64,000 bases of DNA, from the NCBI GenBank assembly GCA_963920595.1, contig OY986946.1, forward strand, positions 6,138,001 to 6,202,000. Direction: 5' to 3'. Below the pieces are notes generated by a model that was not told where the DNA came from, searched no databases, and saw nothing but the letters and a program-made list of their open reading frames with translations. Positions within the stretch are counted from its first letter, which is position 1. Each line of letters starts with the position of its first letter. The stretch is from Eimeria praecox. Its lineage: Eukaryota. The position numbers and the translations under genes were made by a program. Positions 38,201 to 50,900 of this stretch are shown here, piece after piece.

Positions 38201-41200
38201 GAGCTGCCAAGCCTCGTGACGCATATGAGCCGGTTCTGGTTAGCTGCAGCTTTTGCAAGGTACGACGGGGGCAAAAGAGCTGAACTGACGGCCGAACAAT
38301 TAACTTGCGTGTTGTTCACGGCGTTTAGCTGTGTGGGGGTCTTGGGATTGTATTCATTTCAGAATGGGTCGTTTGGAAAACGCTACTGTCGAGGCTCAAA
38401 GCATGTTGGCGGGTCTCGAATCTCAGCTCGGCACGAACCACGAAGCCACAATGTCAGCCCTCTACCTTGCAGGTTGGCCAAAAAGACCCTTTGTCCTGGC
38501 TACACACTGGAAGGGGCACGCATTGCTGCGAAAATGGAAGTGAAAGCTCTGCAAGTATCAGTGCCCACTAGCTCACGTGCGCTATTGATGGAAGAGTAAC
38601 GTGACGTTGGGATGCAGCCTGAGCTAAATCGGGGCCTGCTGCGTTGTGTGAGTAGCTGTGCCTCAGCTGAAGTGAAGATGCGACTAGGTTGTCTTTCACT
38701 TCAAAACCCTCCGCTCAAAATTGGCGGACCTTCTGAAATGGCGGATGCAGCTGGCATTGCCGGGGCCCCTACTGAGCTTCAGGAGCCTTTGCTCTGGAAA
38801 CCCCTGGGTGCTGAAGACTTTGAAATATACGAAGAATTATTTCGGGACCAAGGAATGAGCCAGGCTAGGGCAGTGAGAGTCAATGATTCACTGACTATCC
38901 AGGCCTTTGAACACGAAGCACTAGGATACAGGATGCCCGGTATTTATCTTATGCGCCTTGCCATGCCTTCTAGCAATATTCCTTGTACTTTATAGCGGGT
39001 GTGTTGTGGGGCCGTGCAGGATGCTGAGAAGCTATTTCTTGCCCTATTCCGGCGCCTCCTCTTTCGGGAAGACAATGTTCTTGTTGAAGTATATAAGCCA
39101 CGGGGCCTTGACCGCAAGCAACGCCTCCGACAGATTTTCTCCACACTCAAGCAGATCTTGAAGCTCAAGCTCTGCTCCATTCCAATATCCGTCCTCCGAG
39201 TTAGTTGTATAGTTGAGCCTGCGTGGAAACGCTGGGGATGGCTTCGTGATCGTGGTAGGCAGTATGGCGTTTTATCTGTGCTGCCTGTAGAAAGGTGTGC
39301 AGCTGTGCACCGTGCATGCTTTTGCATCTCAGCTCTTGGCGCACCGCATATACGTAGCCTGCGTTGCCCAAGGTTGCTCGGCCGGTTTGCGTCCTTTTGG
39401 CCTCATGGAGCAGGAGGCAGTAGGTTCTGATGGTGATGACGCCAAGGGGAGCAGCAAGCATCCTGGATATGCGGTAAGATTTCGTCACTTTCCAGCTTCT
39501 TTGGCGATATAGAGCTATATTACCACCTCTGTGCATTTTCAAATGTCCTATGGCGCCACGCCGAATGAAGTAGACAGCATATGCTGGGAAGCCGAATTTT
39601 CATCATGGGCTTGCTGCAGCACCTCGCACGGGATCGGACGAGAGTAAGCTTTAAACGGTACCCGAGTCTGCACGTAGGGAGCAGAGGGAGATTGGAGTCT
39701 TCAACTGGAAATTCAACTACGGCTGTTTGTGGAAACCAGAAGGTGCAGTTAGCCCCCAACGAGGAGCAAGCTTATCCCTTTTCATTCTTCTCCCAGCAGA
39801 AAGTGTCAGGAACAGAGCGTCGGCGTGCACATGGCGAGGACATCTTGTACGCTCGCGTGGACGGATCATCTGGCTTGCGACCTGCACAGTGAGGCCTCCC
39901 AAATAATTGCGCGTACAGTTGACAAAGCTGGCAGAGTGATCCATTACGAACCCCTCCCTGCTCAGTGGCAAACCGTGCGTCACTGAACATCTACATCGGC
40001 ATCTGATTTGTGTTGCAGGGAACACGACGATATAATGCTGCAGCTCCTCCTGTTCGGCAAAAGCCCCACATCTCTGAATGGAGTGCTAAAAACTTGTTAC
40101 ATGAGTTGTTTGGACGATCGGGCGAGAAACCCGGCGACGTGGTATTTAAATGCACTGCCAGCCATCGATTAGAAGTACCTGGAACTGTGCATTAGACTTT
40201 GCGCATATTTCACTTTTCTCTGTGTGGCTTGGACGTATAGAAGCGTGGTGTTTTAGGAATTGTGGGGTTTACGAAGCTCGAACACAGCATTCATTTTTAC
40301 ACTTAGGTTCGAGGACCTCATCTCTGACGTGCTTGGAGAACGCGGGAGTTTGCAGCACTTGCGGTTCCTGATCTGCATGTTACGCCATTTCTTCACGTTG
40401 TCCCAGAAGTCGTTGTTCATTGCCCTCGCATTGGGAGATTTCAACAGGAAACGGCATGCGCAGATTTTTATTGAGACAATGCGTGCGCGAGAGACTGAGG
40501 GAGAGGGTAGGTATCCGTGATTTCGTGGCTTCTGGCGGTGCCATATCGGTAGCTCAGGTAGGGAACAAGCTGCCCAGCTTACACCGTAAGCATGCAGTGC
40601 AAAAGCATGGGCTTTGAGTGTGAAGTCCTGCTTGCGCCATTTCTGTTCAGTTTCACGCAAGTTGGCTCTGAAGAGGATGATAAACAAAAGCCGAGAGCAA
40701 ATGCCGGAGAGCAGCGACGGTGACGCGCTGTACTAGACACAGGATACCTAGCTTGACTTGCAGCAATTTTTCCTTTGCTATTGTGCAGCCTTTGCCAGTG
40801 TATGCTTGTTGTGTGTGAGCATGCACACGTCTCTGCGTCATGCTCAGATTACCTTGAATATGAATTCAGTTCACCTAGGCCGTTTGACTTGACGATCGGA
40901 ATCACCCGATGCGAGGAACTCCTGAACTCAACTACGTGGACAGGTGAGGTCTTTACATAGCAAGCTATTTCCGACCTTCTACTAGCGGCAACTAACGACA
41001 CGTAAGCTTTACCATTCCATGCTGTTACTTAGGGTCGGCTCTGCAACGCATGCGGTCCCAGCTCGACTTCACCCTGTCAAAACAATTGCTGACAAGGGCA
41101 GGCCCGACACAAGCTTGGCAGCAATCATCTGGTGAGTTGGTCAGCGCCACCTACACATACGTCAGCTTGCTGCTGCACTGAAGGGACACTGCAAAGGAAG

Positions 41201-41652
41201 GACATAATTCAGCCCATTCTGTGCAAAATGCGGCATTTGGAATGAATGAGCCGGCACTGCTGCCTACCGCTGCCCAAAGGATGTGCATGCGACTATTTGA
41301 AGGCAACAGCGAGATAGTAGAAGGGGGCAGGGCTGATGAGGATTTGCCACCGAGGGCAAACGCAGCTTTTGTCCAAGCCGGCATCGCTTCCTTGGAGAAG
41401 AACTACATAGAACTACCGGCTGTGGGAAAAGGAAGCGTATCAGGAAGAACTACGTGGAAGGGCATGAGTACAGCAGCAAGACTGTCTCAGCTGCGTTTCG
41501 GTGGTACCAAACAGCTTATCGCAAACATGCCTCCCAGTGCTTACGGAGTCATGGGGAACATACTCACCCCCGAGCATGACTCGGAATTGGAGGCGTTCGG
41601 CTGCATCGAGTGCCTGCAGCCAGCAGACAGAGTTCCATTTCTTGGTGGTTAA
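29291..41652 (+). CDS. Very large multi-exon CLU-domain (clustered mitochondria/Clueless-like) protein with TPR-like region
   Basis: CLU-type motifs LPIACLVDYAGFAVLVEPLLP (~33320-33390), DSHDIAHALHTHGINIR (~34590-34635) and IIREVVARSAKHLFR (~34780-34820). TPR-like LESQLGTNHEATMSALYLAG (~38415-38470). Many co-oriented exons. It could be more than one gene and the ends are tentative. Confidence 0.7.
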
Positions 41653-42065
41653 GATTCATCGCTACATATCTTTAGCTTGTACATTCTGGCAGTGTTCAAA
41701 GTAACCCGCTAGACAGACCAAACCAATGGCTTGGTGAGCCCTGCGTGCTTCGGCGCTGTTCGGTACACAGGCCCCACTATCCGTATACAATTTCAGTAGC
41801 CCTGGGTATTCTGAAATGGACAGTTAACACTAGCACGCTCAGGCCAAACAGATACTTCCACGAAGCAAATGCGAGGCTTTAGAAATTCGCGGTTTCGTCG
41901 GGAGGCGGAAGGTTGTCTCAAAAGCTTCAGTGGCCAGGTACAAAGGCAGCAAGCATGCCTCCTTAAAACTGCGGCTGCCGCACTGTCCAGCATATCCGGC
42001 AGTAGTGCTCTCGTCATTTGTTCGCCCTTCGCCCACAAACGCCTAACAGACGAATGCGCAGTCCC

Positions 42066-43594
42066 TTAGCATTCACTGTCCTCTTGAACCACCACATGCT
42101 TGCTCCAGTACTCTACCGACCGTGCATAAGCTTGGCGGTTTATGGACACGCCACTTCCGCCCTCTTCTATAAGCGCGTTCCGCATGATCCTGCAAAAACC
42201 CCAGTACCCGCACGTAAGTCTGCCTTGCCTAAAGAGAAAATCGCATGCTCTGCTTAATGCCAGTTGCTGAGGCACGGTGCCGTTTCCTGGTGTGAGGCCA
42301 AGCACACTTCGTTTGCTGACGAAAGTCCATACAGACCCTTTTGGCGGGTTCGCGGCGTCACCGCATTGGTGCTAATTCCGGTTAGCTATTAGAAATGTGC
42401 TTACGTTATAGGGTTCATCGGCAGCTCGAACGGTTCATCTTGCGCCTTGATCGCCACGATGAACCACTCAGGTTGTGATGTATCTGTGCAATCAATAAAT
42501 GAGCAAATCGAATAAAGCATCTGTTCGAAACCTTTCCAAATAGGGTGCACGAGATGCATGCAAATAGGGGCGCCAGTGGGGTCATTAAGCTTGCACTGAG
42601 CGTGCAGCGCTTACCGACCGCCTCAACACTCTTTGTCATGGCAGCATTCTCCTTGGCAATCTGCTCACGGGAATACAGAATTAAGTCTGAACACACGCAC
42701 CCCAAGAAGTAGCAAGCTAACCCACAGTCGTTCAGCCTCCCTCTACCAGAAAAAGCAAGAGCGTGCGAGAAGCAAACCACAACGTTCACTAATGCATACA
42801 GCAGCTGCTGTAATCAGCCGTACCCAGGTACTTCGCACGGACCAGTTGGTCTTGAACAAGCGAAGCCGGCAACCACCGTGACAGAACCGGGAGTTCCTCT
42901 GGCCGCCGAGCCAAGTATCCAGTGCTGTAACACCAAGCAAATACCGCAATGCAAGGATGAAAACCATGAGAAATCGAGGCTAGATTTGCTTCCCTAATTC
43001 ATGCAGGGAAACTACCTGTATGGCCCCCGCCTCCGCTGAGCAACCTTAGTCGTTCGTCACGCACCGGATATGAAGTATGTTCTCTTCAGTAATCGGAAGG
43101 GTAGATACTTTAGCTTCGGTAAAATTCTCTATGAAAATGTGCTTGCAGAACGGGGCATAGCCGTCCACCAAGGGGTGGGGTTTCTGCCGCAGAATCTCGT
43201 GGAGCTATTGCGCACACAACGGGAAACTTGCATACGTTGGGCACTTAGACCACTCTAAGGGACAGAGTGCACTTCTCCTCCACCTGTGGACGTGAAACGA
43301 GCTCACTTCCTTCATAAAGCCAATTTTGTCCAAAGGAATTCTTGTCCCTGGATATTTGGGGTCATCGAACTGTCTGAAGCAAAATGGCTCTGCAGCATTT
43401 GCACACCTCACTTCCAGATACACCTCCGCATGAAGTGCAATCCTGAGAAACCCGCAAGCAGACGCTGTGCTGTGCTTCTCCGATGCAATGTATGCGCCTC
43501 CCTAATTTCTCCTGCTGATGATGAACTCACCCAGGCCGATAGAAGGCGGTCTTCCAAAGGCATTGCTGCCTTCCGATGGCTCCTGCGACGACAT
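42066..43594 (-). CDS. DUF3228 family protein
   Basis: Spliced motifs LEPFCFRQFDD, LVDGYAPFCKHIFIENFTEA..LPITEEN, GYLARRPEELPVLSRW, AKYL.LILYSREQIAKE, VAIKAQDEPFELPM and MRNALIEEGGSGVSINRQAYARSVEYWSKH. ATG at 43594 in GAAAATG context. Confidence 0.9.
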
Positions 43595-44162
43595 TTTCAG
43601 TGGCAGGCCCAAGCACTCTTCACGAGTGAAGCTCATATGGCGCCACGGAGTCGGTGTCTTCGGGGAGAGAGCAAGGAATCCCGTAGCTCCAGCAATCGGA
43701 CCAATGCGCATAGTCCCAATAGGACACTGGCATGCCAGTCAAATCATTAACATCAAACAAATATGGAGGAGGATTTTCATGCTCTGAGCATGATTAGTTG
43801 CCAACATCGCGGGGAAACTGCGGATAGCAGAATGTCCCGCTGATGGGACAAAAATGGGGTTGCTCGGGAATTAGTGTCCTTATAAAAAAAGATTCCTATT
43901 AAAATGACCCGTAGTGTACAATAGACCTGCGACTAGCCTTTCGCTAAATTATTCGTTTCTACAAGCCAGCAATTAAGGAGTACTACATGCCTTCATGGGG
44001 CTGCCTGCACGCCGGTTGGGCGCGCCCCGCACCGACAGCCCATTCTGTGCATGCTGCTCTGCTGCGTTCGTCTTTTGACCTCAAGGAAAACAAAACGAAG
44101 AACTCTTCTCCGTTCACGTTAATTGCGCGGCTGCCTCGTTGGCGGGTTTTTGTGTGGCCACA

Positions 44163-45233
44163 ATGGCGTCAGCATCCGTTGCTGCTAAAGCCCGCAGCCA
44201 CATGGGGCGTGGGAAGAAAGCTGCTGCAGCAGGCAAGGCCACCAAGGTCAAATTCGTTATTGATTGCCAAAAGCCTGCTTATGACAACATTCTTGAGGCC
44301 AAGGGCTTGGTAAGTGGTGATATGTAATGCTGCAGTGCCGTCCTGCTCTGTTCGTACGCCATGGCAGATCAGGGTTTCCGAGTTCTTCACTGCAGTGTCT
44401 GCCCCACATTTATTTTCCAAACCTTACTAGTATTCTCCTAAGTCAAATCTGTTGTTCCAGAAACAGTTTTCGTGGGGCGCCTCGTGGGTGGATTCCCCAC
44501 CCCACAGTCCGTGTTGCCCCAACAACGCCTGTTGCGTGCACCCGAAATATTGGTGAAAATTGTACCTTCAGCCAGACTGTACACAGCATTTGAGCAACCT
44601 TCCACGGCATATGGCCTTTTTGTGGTGTCGATCGATGTGCACTGCTGTGGACTATGAATGTTAAGCCCTGTGGGAGCACCCGTTGACTGCAGCTGGCGGT
44701 TGGACTTGGTTGAAATGCTGTGCTGCAGGAGAAGTTTTTGCAGAGCCGCATCAAGGTGGCGGGGAAGTTGAACAACCTGGGTGAGAAAGTAGAGGTTTCT
44801 CGGGAGAAGGCGAAGGTGTGCGTTACCGCAGAGTTGCCCTTCTCAAAGCGCTACCTCAAAGTAGGGCTCTCGTTTTTCATAGGTTGAGATTGGCGTCTAC
44901 TACAAGAAGCTGGTCGCTCAATGCAGCTATGTGCCGTGTGTTGGTAGTTGTTTATGTAACAAGTAGGGTGTCGGATGCCACGTGTAGCGGACAGCTGAGC
45001 GCACCGCACACGGACTTGTTAGTGCTTAGCTTTGTGTTTGTAGAGTTTCACGCGTTTTTCTGTTTACGGGGCATCAGCTGGCGCGCGTGTGGTGTGTATG
45101 TGTGCAGTATCTGGTGAAGAAGTACTTGAAGAGACATATGCTGCGCGACTTCCTGCGTGTTGTTGCGAACAGCAAAACTTCGTACGAGCTGAGGTATTTC
45201 CAAATGCCTCAGGAGGACGAGGAGACAGCGTAG
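44163..45233 (+). CDS. RPL22: 60S ribosomal protein eL22
   Basis: Exons 44163-44309, 44729-44860 and 45108-45233 give ..[77 protein letters not shown].. Confidence 0.97.
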
Positions 45234-46516
45234 ACGAAGTCTACAGCTGCAGTTTAAGAACACTCATTTTGTTCACAAACAAGGCAAATATTTATGTTTT
45301 CTGCCGAGTCAAAAAGGCATTCGCATGTTGAGACGAATAGGCCTGAAGAAGTGGTGTTGCTTTTATCACACCTCACTTCTTGATGGATACTTAGGTAGAG
45401 TTCAGGGCATAGGAACACAGTTTACTTTGTAAGGAATATGAAATGGACTGGCTTAGTCGTGGCTGTGAAGCTAGGCTCGCAGTGATCCAGCATGTTTAGA
45501 TGTTGGACACATCTCATACTTTTGCACTGTACAAGTCAGCCTTCACAAGTTCTGCAGCGCACGAAGCAGCCGCAAGAGACGCCGACTTTGCATGTATTTG
45601 GTGCACGGCTAGGGGGTTGTTCAGGATGCCACTGGGAAAGGACTGTGAGCGCAGCCCACGACCTTTCGGTGTGTACGCCAGTGATGCGGCCTTCTTCCAG
45701 CCGGTCAAAGCATTCTTGCTTCCATGGCCTCCCTGCAGATGAAGTCTGGCCCCCTAGCAGAACGGAGGGCTGCGCCCTGTTTGCGAGTTGGGCTGCATGT
45801 GATGCATGAGACACTAATATCCGCCTCCCCTCATGGGATAGTGTGGGCAGGTGGGCAGGCTCTCCCTCATCACGCCTTTGTGGGAGGATGTGGGACATCT
45901 TGCAACCCAGTTAGCTGGCTGGGGGTGGGGCCAGCGGAGTCGTCGAGCAACCTAGCTCTGAAAAGCGTGAAAGTCTCGGGGAGTATTTGCAAAATGGAGT
46001 TGAAACAGTTGAGCTAAATCCTTACTGACTTCACGAGTCAAGAGGAATTTAGTTTCTGCACCAGACGCTTCGGGGCCTGTCAGGATTCCGCAGTAGTCGA
46101 CGATTGAAGGGCCGGCGTTTAGACTTATGGAACATGCATGCACGTGAAAATATTTCGCCCCTCAAAGTATGAGTGCCCCTGGAAAAATAAGTCTTATGGG
46201 GCAATCCCTGTAACTAATCTGGCGGGCATCTTGTGTGTGGCATGTACAGACGCCTCACCGGGGCGCGAGCACGCAGCGGCAGCAGAACACCACTACAAAT
46301 TGGGCAGCAATCACCTGTGATAGAGTGGGTATTTTCTCGCTTTGTAACAGTTTCACGTTGTACCTCAACCTGAGTTTAGTTTACGGGTGTATTTGCTCTG
46401 TAGGGGAAAAACCATGCCATCGCACTCATCAGAACTAATTCGCTCATTCATGAGGAAAGTGGCGAGCCTCACCCGTCTTCTCCGTAAGAATATGCTTTGA
46501 ACAACTAATTATTCAT

Positions 46517-48271
46517 TTGACTCTTATAAAGTCGTTTCGTAAGCCAGAACACACCTTTATTCTCTGGACATTGCTTCGTAGCGAAGCCTCCAACAGTTGG
46601 GACCCCCTCCCTACTTTGTTGAAGTCACATTTGAACAAAAGACACGACAAGCAGAGTTTATTGTACCATTCTGATGAAAAATCTGCAGTGGAAGCCCACA
46701 GCAAGCAACTGGGCGGCTCACGCTTCACCAGTACTGTCCCTGCCGCCGAACGTCAGGCGGTGCCGCATTTGCCATTGGCGTTGTATTTGGCGAAGAGACC
46801 TTTCAATAGCCCAGAAAAATCATCCACTGGCGCTGTTGCGCAGACCACATGGCCTCTGAGGCTCCCAGATGGCATGATAGGCATCAATGCGTTGAGCATG
46901 TTGTCGACGAGCATGCACTCTATGCGGACGGAAGAGGCTGAAGAGATTTCCCACAACAGGCCTGACAGCAAACCTTCCCCTTTGTCATTCTTAGTAGACA
47001 CAATACAACTGCCGCTGGTACCTGGGCTCAGAGAGCCAGGTGAACAACAGGCAAGTGGTGGTGCACTTGCCAACGTTGAGCACGCTGTAACTGCAACCGA
47101 GGATGAAGAGCTGCTAAGAAGAGATGGCTACATAATTGGGGCGGAATACAGCGGCCCCGAATTCCAGCCAGCAGCGCAGGTTACATTGGAGGATCCCCCG
47201 TTATTTGCAATGCAAAATATTTCCTTGCTACCTCCGCAGGCGAGGAAGCCGATTAACTTAGCTGTTCGTCAATTTTCTGCTCAAATGCAAAAAGCAGCTG
47301 CGGAATACTGCACAGCAAACAACTTGAACTGTACCGAACAGCACGCTTTGGAGACGGCAATATCGGTGGCGCTGAGGACATCGCCGACGGCCTCCATGTT
47401 CAGACAGATCTCAGCGTCCCTCAGTGCAATGGAGGTAATTGGAAAATAATCCCCAAGCTCAAATCTATGTTTATTTGCGAGCAGGGGGCAATTACAAGTG
47501 CACTTCGGCCCCTGGGATGGCCTGTTGACCCCAGATCACCGGAGGCACCGAAACTTCCACCTAAGCCGCCCGTGCAGACTACACAAGCTGTACAGTTCGC
47601 TTTTTCTCTTGTAGGCACTGCAGTGGCTCTTCTGAGGAGTTTCATTCACATCACAAAAGGTCCCAAGCCACTGATTCCGCTGGATACGTACGATTGCATA
47701 CCTACAGTGGTTACCACGGGATGACAGAATGAGGACCGCACCATTGCAGGCAGTTGCATGAACATCACCGCAGCATCCTTTTAAACTTGTTGTACAGCGG
47801 CCGAGAAGTAGAAGGATGTTCAATGGCTGCGCCGCTGAGGCATTCGTCCAACTGCAAAAGCTTTGCCATTGAAGTTCCAGCAAGAGCTGACAAATGCTCA
47901 GCGCCTTCCACAGTCCAAGGTAGCCTTCCACTGAAACGCAACTACGTCTGTCAAAAATCCAATGCTTCTGCGCAGGAGGCATTCCAACTTCGCTAACGGT
48001 GCATGGATTTGAGCTTTCTTGCCTCTCCTCGCTTCGATGCTCTCAGCAATACGCTGCGCATCAACCTTTCAACCTTGACGGCACATATATATTGACGCAG
48101 AATCCTGAGGGTGCATTTTCTTTTGCAAAGGCGATACCTAACAGCATTAGTCGGCAGAGCAGCCCAACCGGAAACCTTCACCTCTACCGATCCGAAGGCA
48201 GCAAGAACAGTGAAGTCCTGAAGTCTGCAATTGCTGCTGTCAGCGCTGCGCCGGTACAAACTTATCAGTGA
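46517..48271 (+). CDS. Hypothetical protein, multi-exon, no recognised family
   Basis: A 310-codon open frame (46517-47449) can be joined in phase through a ~50-nt GT-AG intron to the 47467-47724 frame, with a probable last exon ending at 48271. The start is not determined. Confidence 0.45.
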
Positions 48272-49057
48272 TGCCATAAATTTAAATTATTTGAAAGTAA
48301 ATCAAAAAGTGCAGCACATGGACCATGTGGCAGGCCCACTCGCTTACTTGCCGATACTGCCGCAGGGACCCTTTGCTTACCAGAACAGCAGTAGACCAAA
48401 GGAATGTCTGGACACGAATACATTCTCGTTCCCTCACTGCCTCTTGCATGGCTCTTCTCATTGGCGCGTTACTGAAGTTCGTCCAGATTCTTCTAGGGAC
48501 ATGATGAGATATTTTCCGGCAATTGTTTCAGTAAGACGAGTGGATACGTTATCACCAAGTGCGTAGCCTTCAATGAACGGGCCCAAAGTTCCATGCAGAA
48601 TGTAACGGTTAGCACGCTAACGCTGTTTCCACTTGCCTCACCTTGGCGACTTCACCAGCTGCTGTGCCTGCTACACAGAGCTGATACCTGACTGCCCTTT
48701 GATGTAGCGCAACCCCTTTAAATGAATGAGTTTTGACGGGGTGCCCATTGTTTTGAGAAGCCCCAGTAGTGTGCTGGCACTTAAGATCATATGGAGCCCA
48801 CGTCGCTCCGTCGGCACTGCAGCCCGTGAAGAAACCAGATGAATGCAACAAATTCATCCGTTCTCGCGGTGCTGCCCCACCTGCATACGCAGCTCAGTGC
48901 AGTCTAGGGACTAGCGGAAAGTTCAACGGAACTGAAGAGCTATCGGGAGACCTTAATCCCGCTGGCAGGTCCTGAGCACCCGGCAACAGGCCGCCGCTTG
49001 GGCAGGGAACTCAGCGGTGCTGCTGGTCGCCATCACTTACGAAAGCCCGCGCACCGG

Positions 49058-50900
49058 CTAACTGCATGATTTGCCAAATTTAGCCTGGTAGTCTAAAATG
49101 CCCGCCTTGATCGCTTTCTCGTCCCAGTAGGCAACGGGGCGTCGAGTGCTGACAAAAAAATTAACCTTTCGTGGGTCGAGGCCGACGCAAAAACAAAGGT
49201 AAGCGCTGACTGCTGCTACGCTTCTTCCCACACCAGCGTTGCAATGAACATACACAGTGTGGCCGTTCTGCATAGAAACACATATCCGCAAGTGTGCAAG
49301 CAGTTGCAACTCCACAGCGGATTGCTGCGAGCATAGATTCCTTAATCCTGAAAACTCAGCCTGTCAATGGGGCGGCAGGGAGCATGCAGATATATATTAC
49401 CTGGATTAAGGCGTCTAAGACCAGTGCACACTGCGCCACTGCAAGCCTGCGGCAGGCATCGCTCATATCCTCCGTAGGCATCCAGACATATCGCAGTCCA
49501 GCGGATTCGTACAGCTGGCCCACTGCTTCTGGTGTCCGCGTGCTAGAAATGGGGTCAGGAAAATTGCCTCTAAGAAGCATCAGGCACCACAACAGCAGTC
49601 AAGGCACAACGGGCATGACAACGGGAAATTGGCACAGATGCAAAATACCCCACTAAATCAGCAGTGTCCCAGCTTATGCACCCCTCTCTCTCCAGTTAAG
49701 AGCAGAAGCCGCAATGACCCTGTTAGTATTTCGCTGACTTTATGTCCTCTGCAGTTTGGAGGTTGAAAACTGCGCTCGCCTTCAAGTCCTGCTTGAGCTG
49801 GCGAATGTGTTTGAGCTGACGAGGGCATGACCCCACATATAGATTGGGCAGGATGCGCGAGTAGTGCATGCGCCCTTCGGCCTTCACAGTGTTGTAGAAG
49901 CGTGTCGTGTGGTCTTGCTCGTTCACGCCTCCAGCTGCGACAACCCCAGGCAGCGTACGCTGCAGGCGTAAGGGCTAAAAAGCAGAACAAATGTGTAGCC
50001 CTACCAAGCGCAATACGGAAACGCTTGCCGTTGAGTGCGTTAAATCTTGCCAGGTAAACTGACGCTGCCCCCCATTCAAACCAATATTAATTCGAAAAGC
50101 GCAGTCCACGTACCTTTTGGGTCCTCGAACCTTGCAATCTTGCAGAGGTAAAGCACTTCGAGGTTCCCGCTTTCGCATTCATCCACTACGACGTCCATCG
50201 GATCAAAGCAGAACTTCCTGTTGCTGCTAGGGCCACTGCCTTCCCAAACAATCTGCATGGCCTTTGAAGGAGGCTCTGCTTTCTGAGCGGGAGGAGGAGG
50301 AAACAACCAAGTGCGCCAAGTACAGAACGGGCTGCCGTAGGCAACACACTGAAAAGACTCCCCCGGCGTATCCGGCACATAGGGCGAGACTGGACTTTTC
50401 GGAGTCCACAAAATAAATTTGTATTCGAACTGCACCTTTTTGAGGGGGTGGCTCTCCAGTATGGCAATAATTTCCGGTGATCGATGGTCTATGCGGCAGG
50501 AAGCGGCCGCCACGACACTTGACGCTTCACTGTTTGCTGTGTAGCGCATATCAGGCAGGCTACCTGAACAAAACCTCCCCACTTGGGATGAATAATTTCT
50601 GGCCACTGCGGCGATGAGCCGATCTGAAAAGGAGTCGCGACCACGTTTGGTGCCGTTCCGTTCATTGCTGCATTCGCTCCCCGAGGCAGCCGAAACCTCA
50701 CGCCCTTCGAGGCGTTTCTCGTCTAGTTCTACATCTGCAAACCAGAGGCTCGGCTCCACTCCGCCTTCAGCCGGTGTGGCGTAGGGTAGCAAGGGAAGAC
50801 ACCGAGAGGGGTCCCAACATCCTAGGAATTCAGGGCTACCTGACACTCCCAGCTGGGAGCCTGGAGGCACATAGGCCACGCAGCTAAACCGCACTCGCAT
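49058..50900 (-). CDS. EPM2A: Laforin (glucan phosphatase): split CBM20 plus dual-specificity phosphatase
   Basis: CBM20 pieces MRVRF..GVSGSPEFLGCWDP..LWFADVEL / FEYKF / VWEGSG..NR. DSP motifs MHYSRILPNLYVGSCPRQ, AVFNLQT, YVWMPTEDMS and catalytic VYVHCNAGVGRS, plus RPVAYWDE. Confidence 0.95.
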
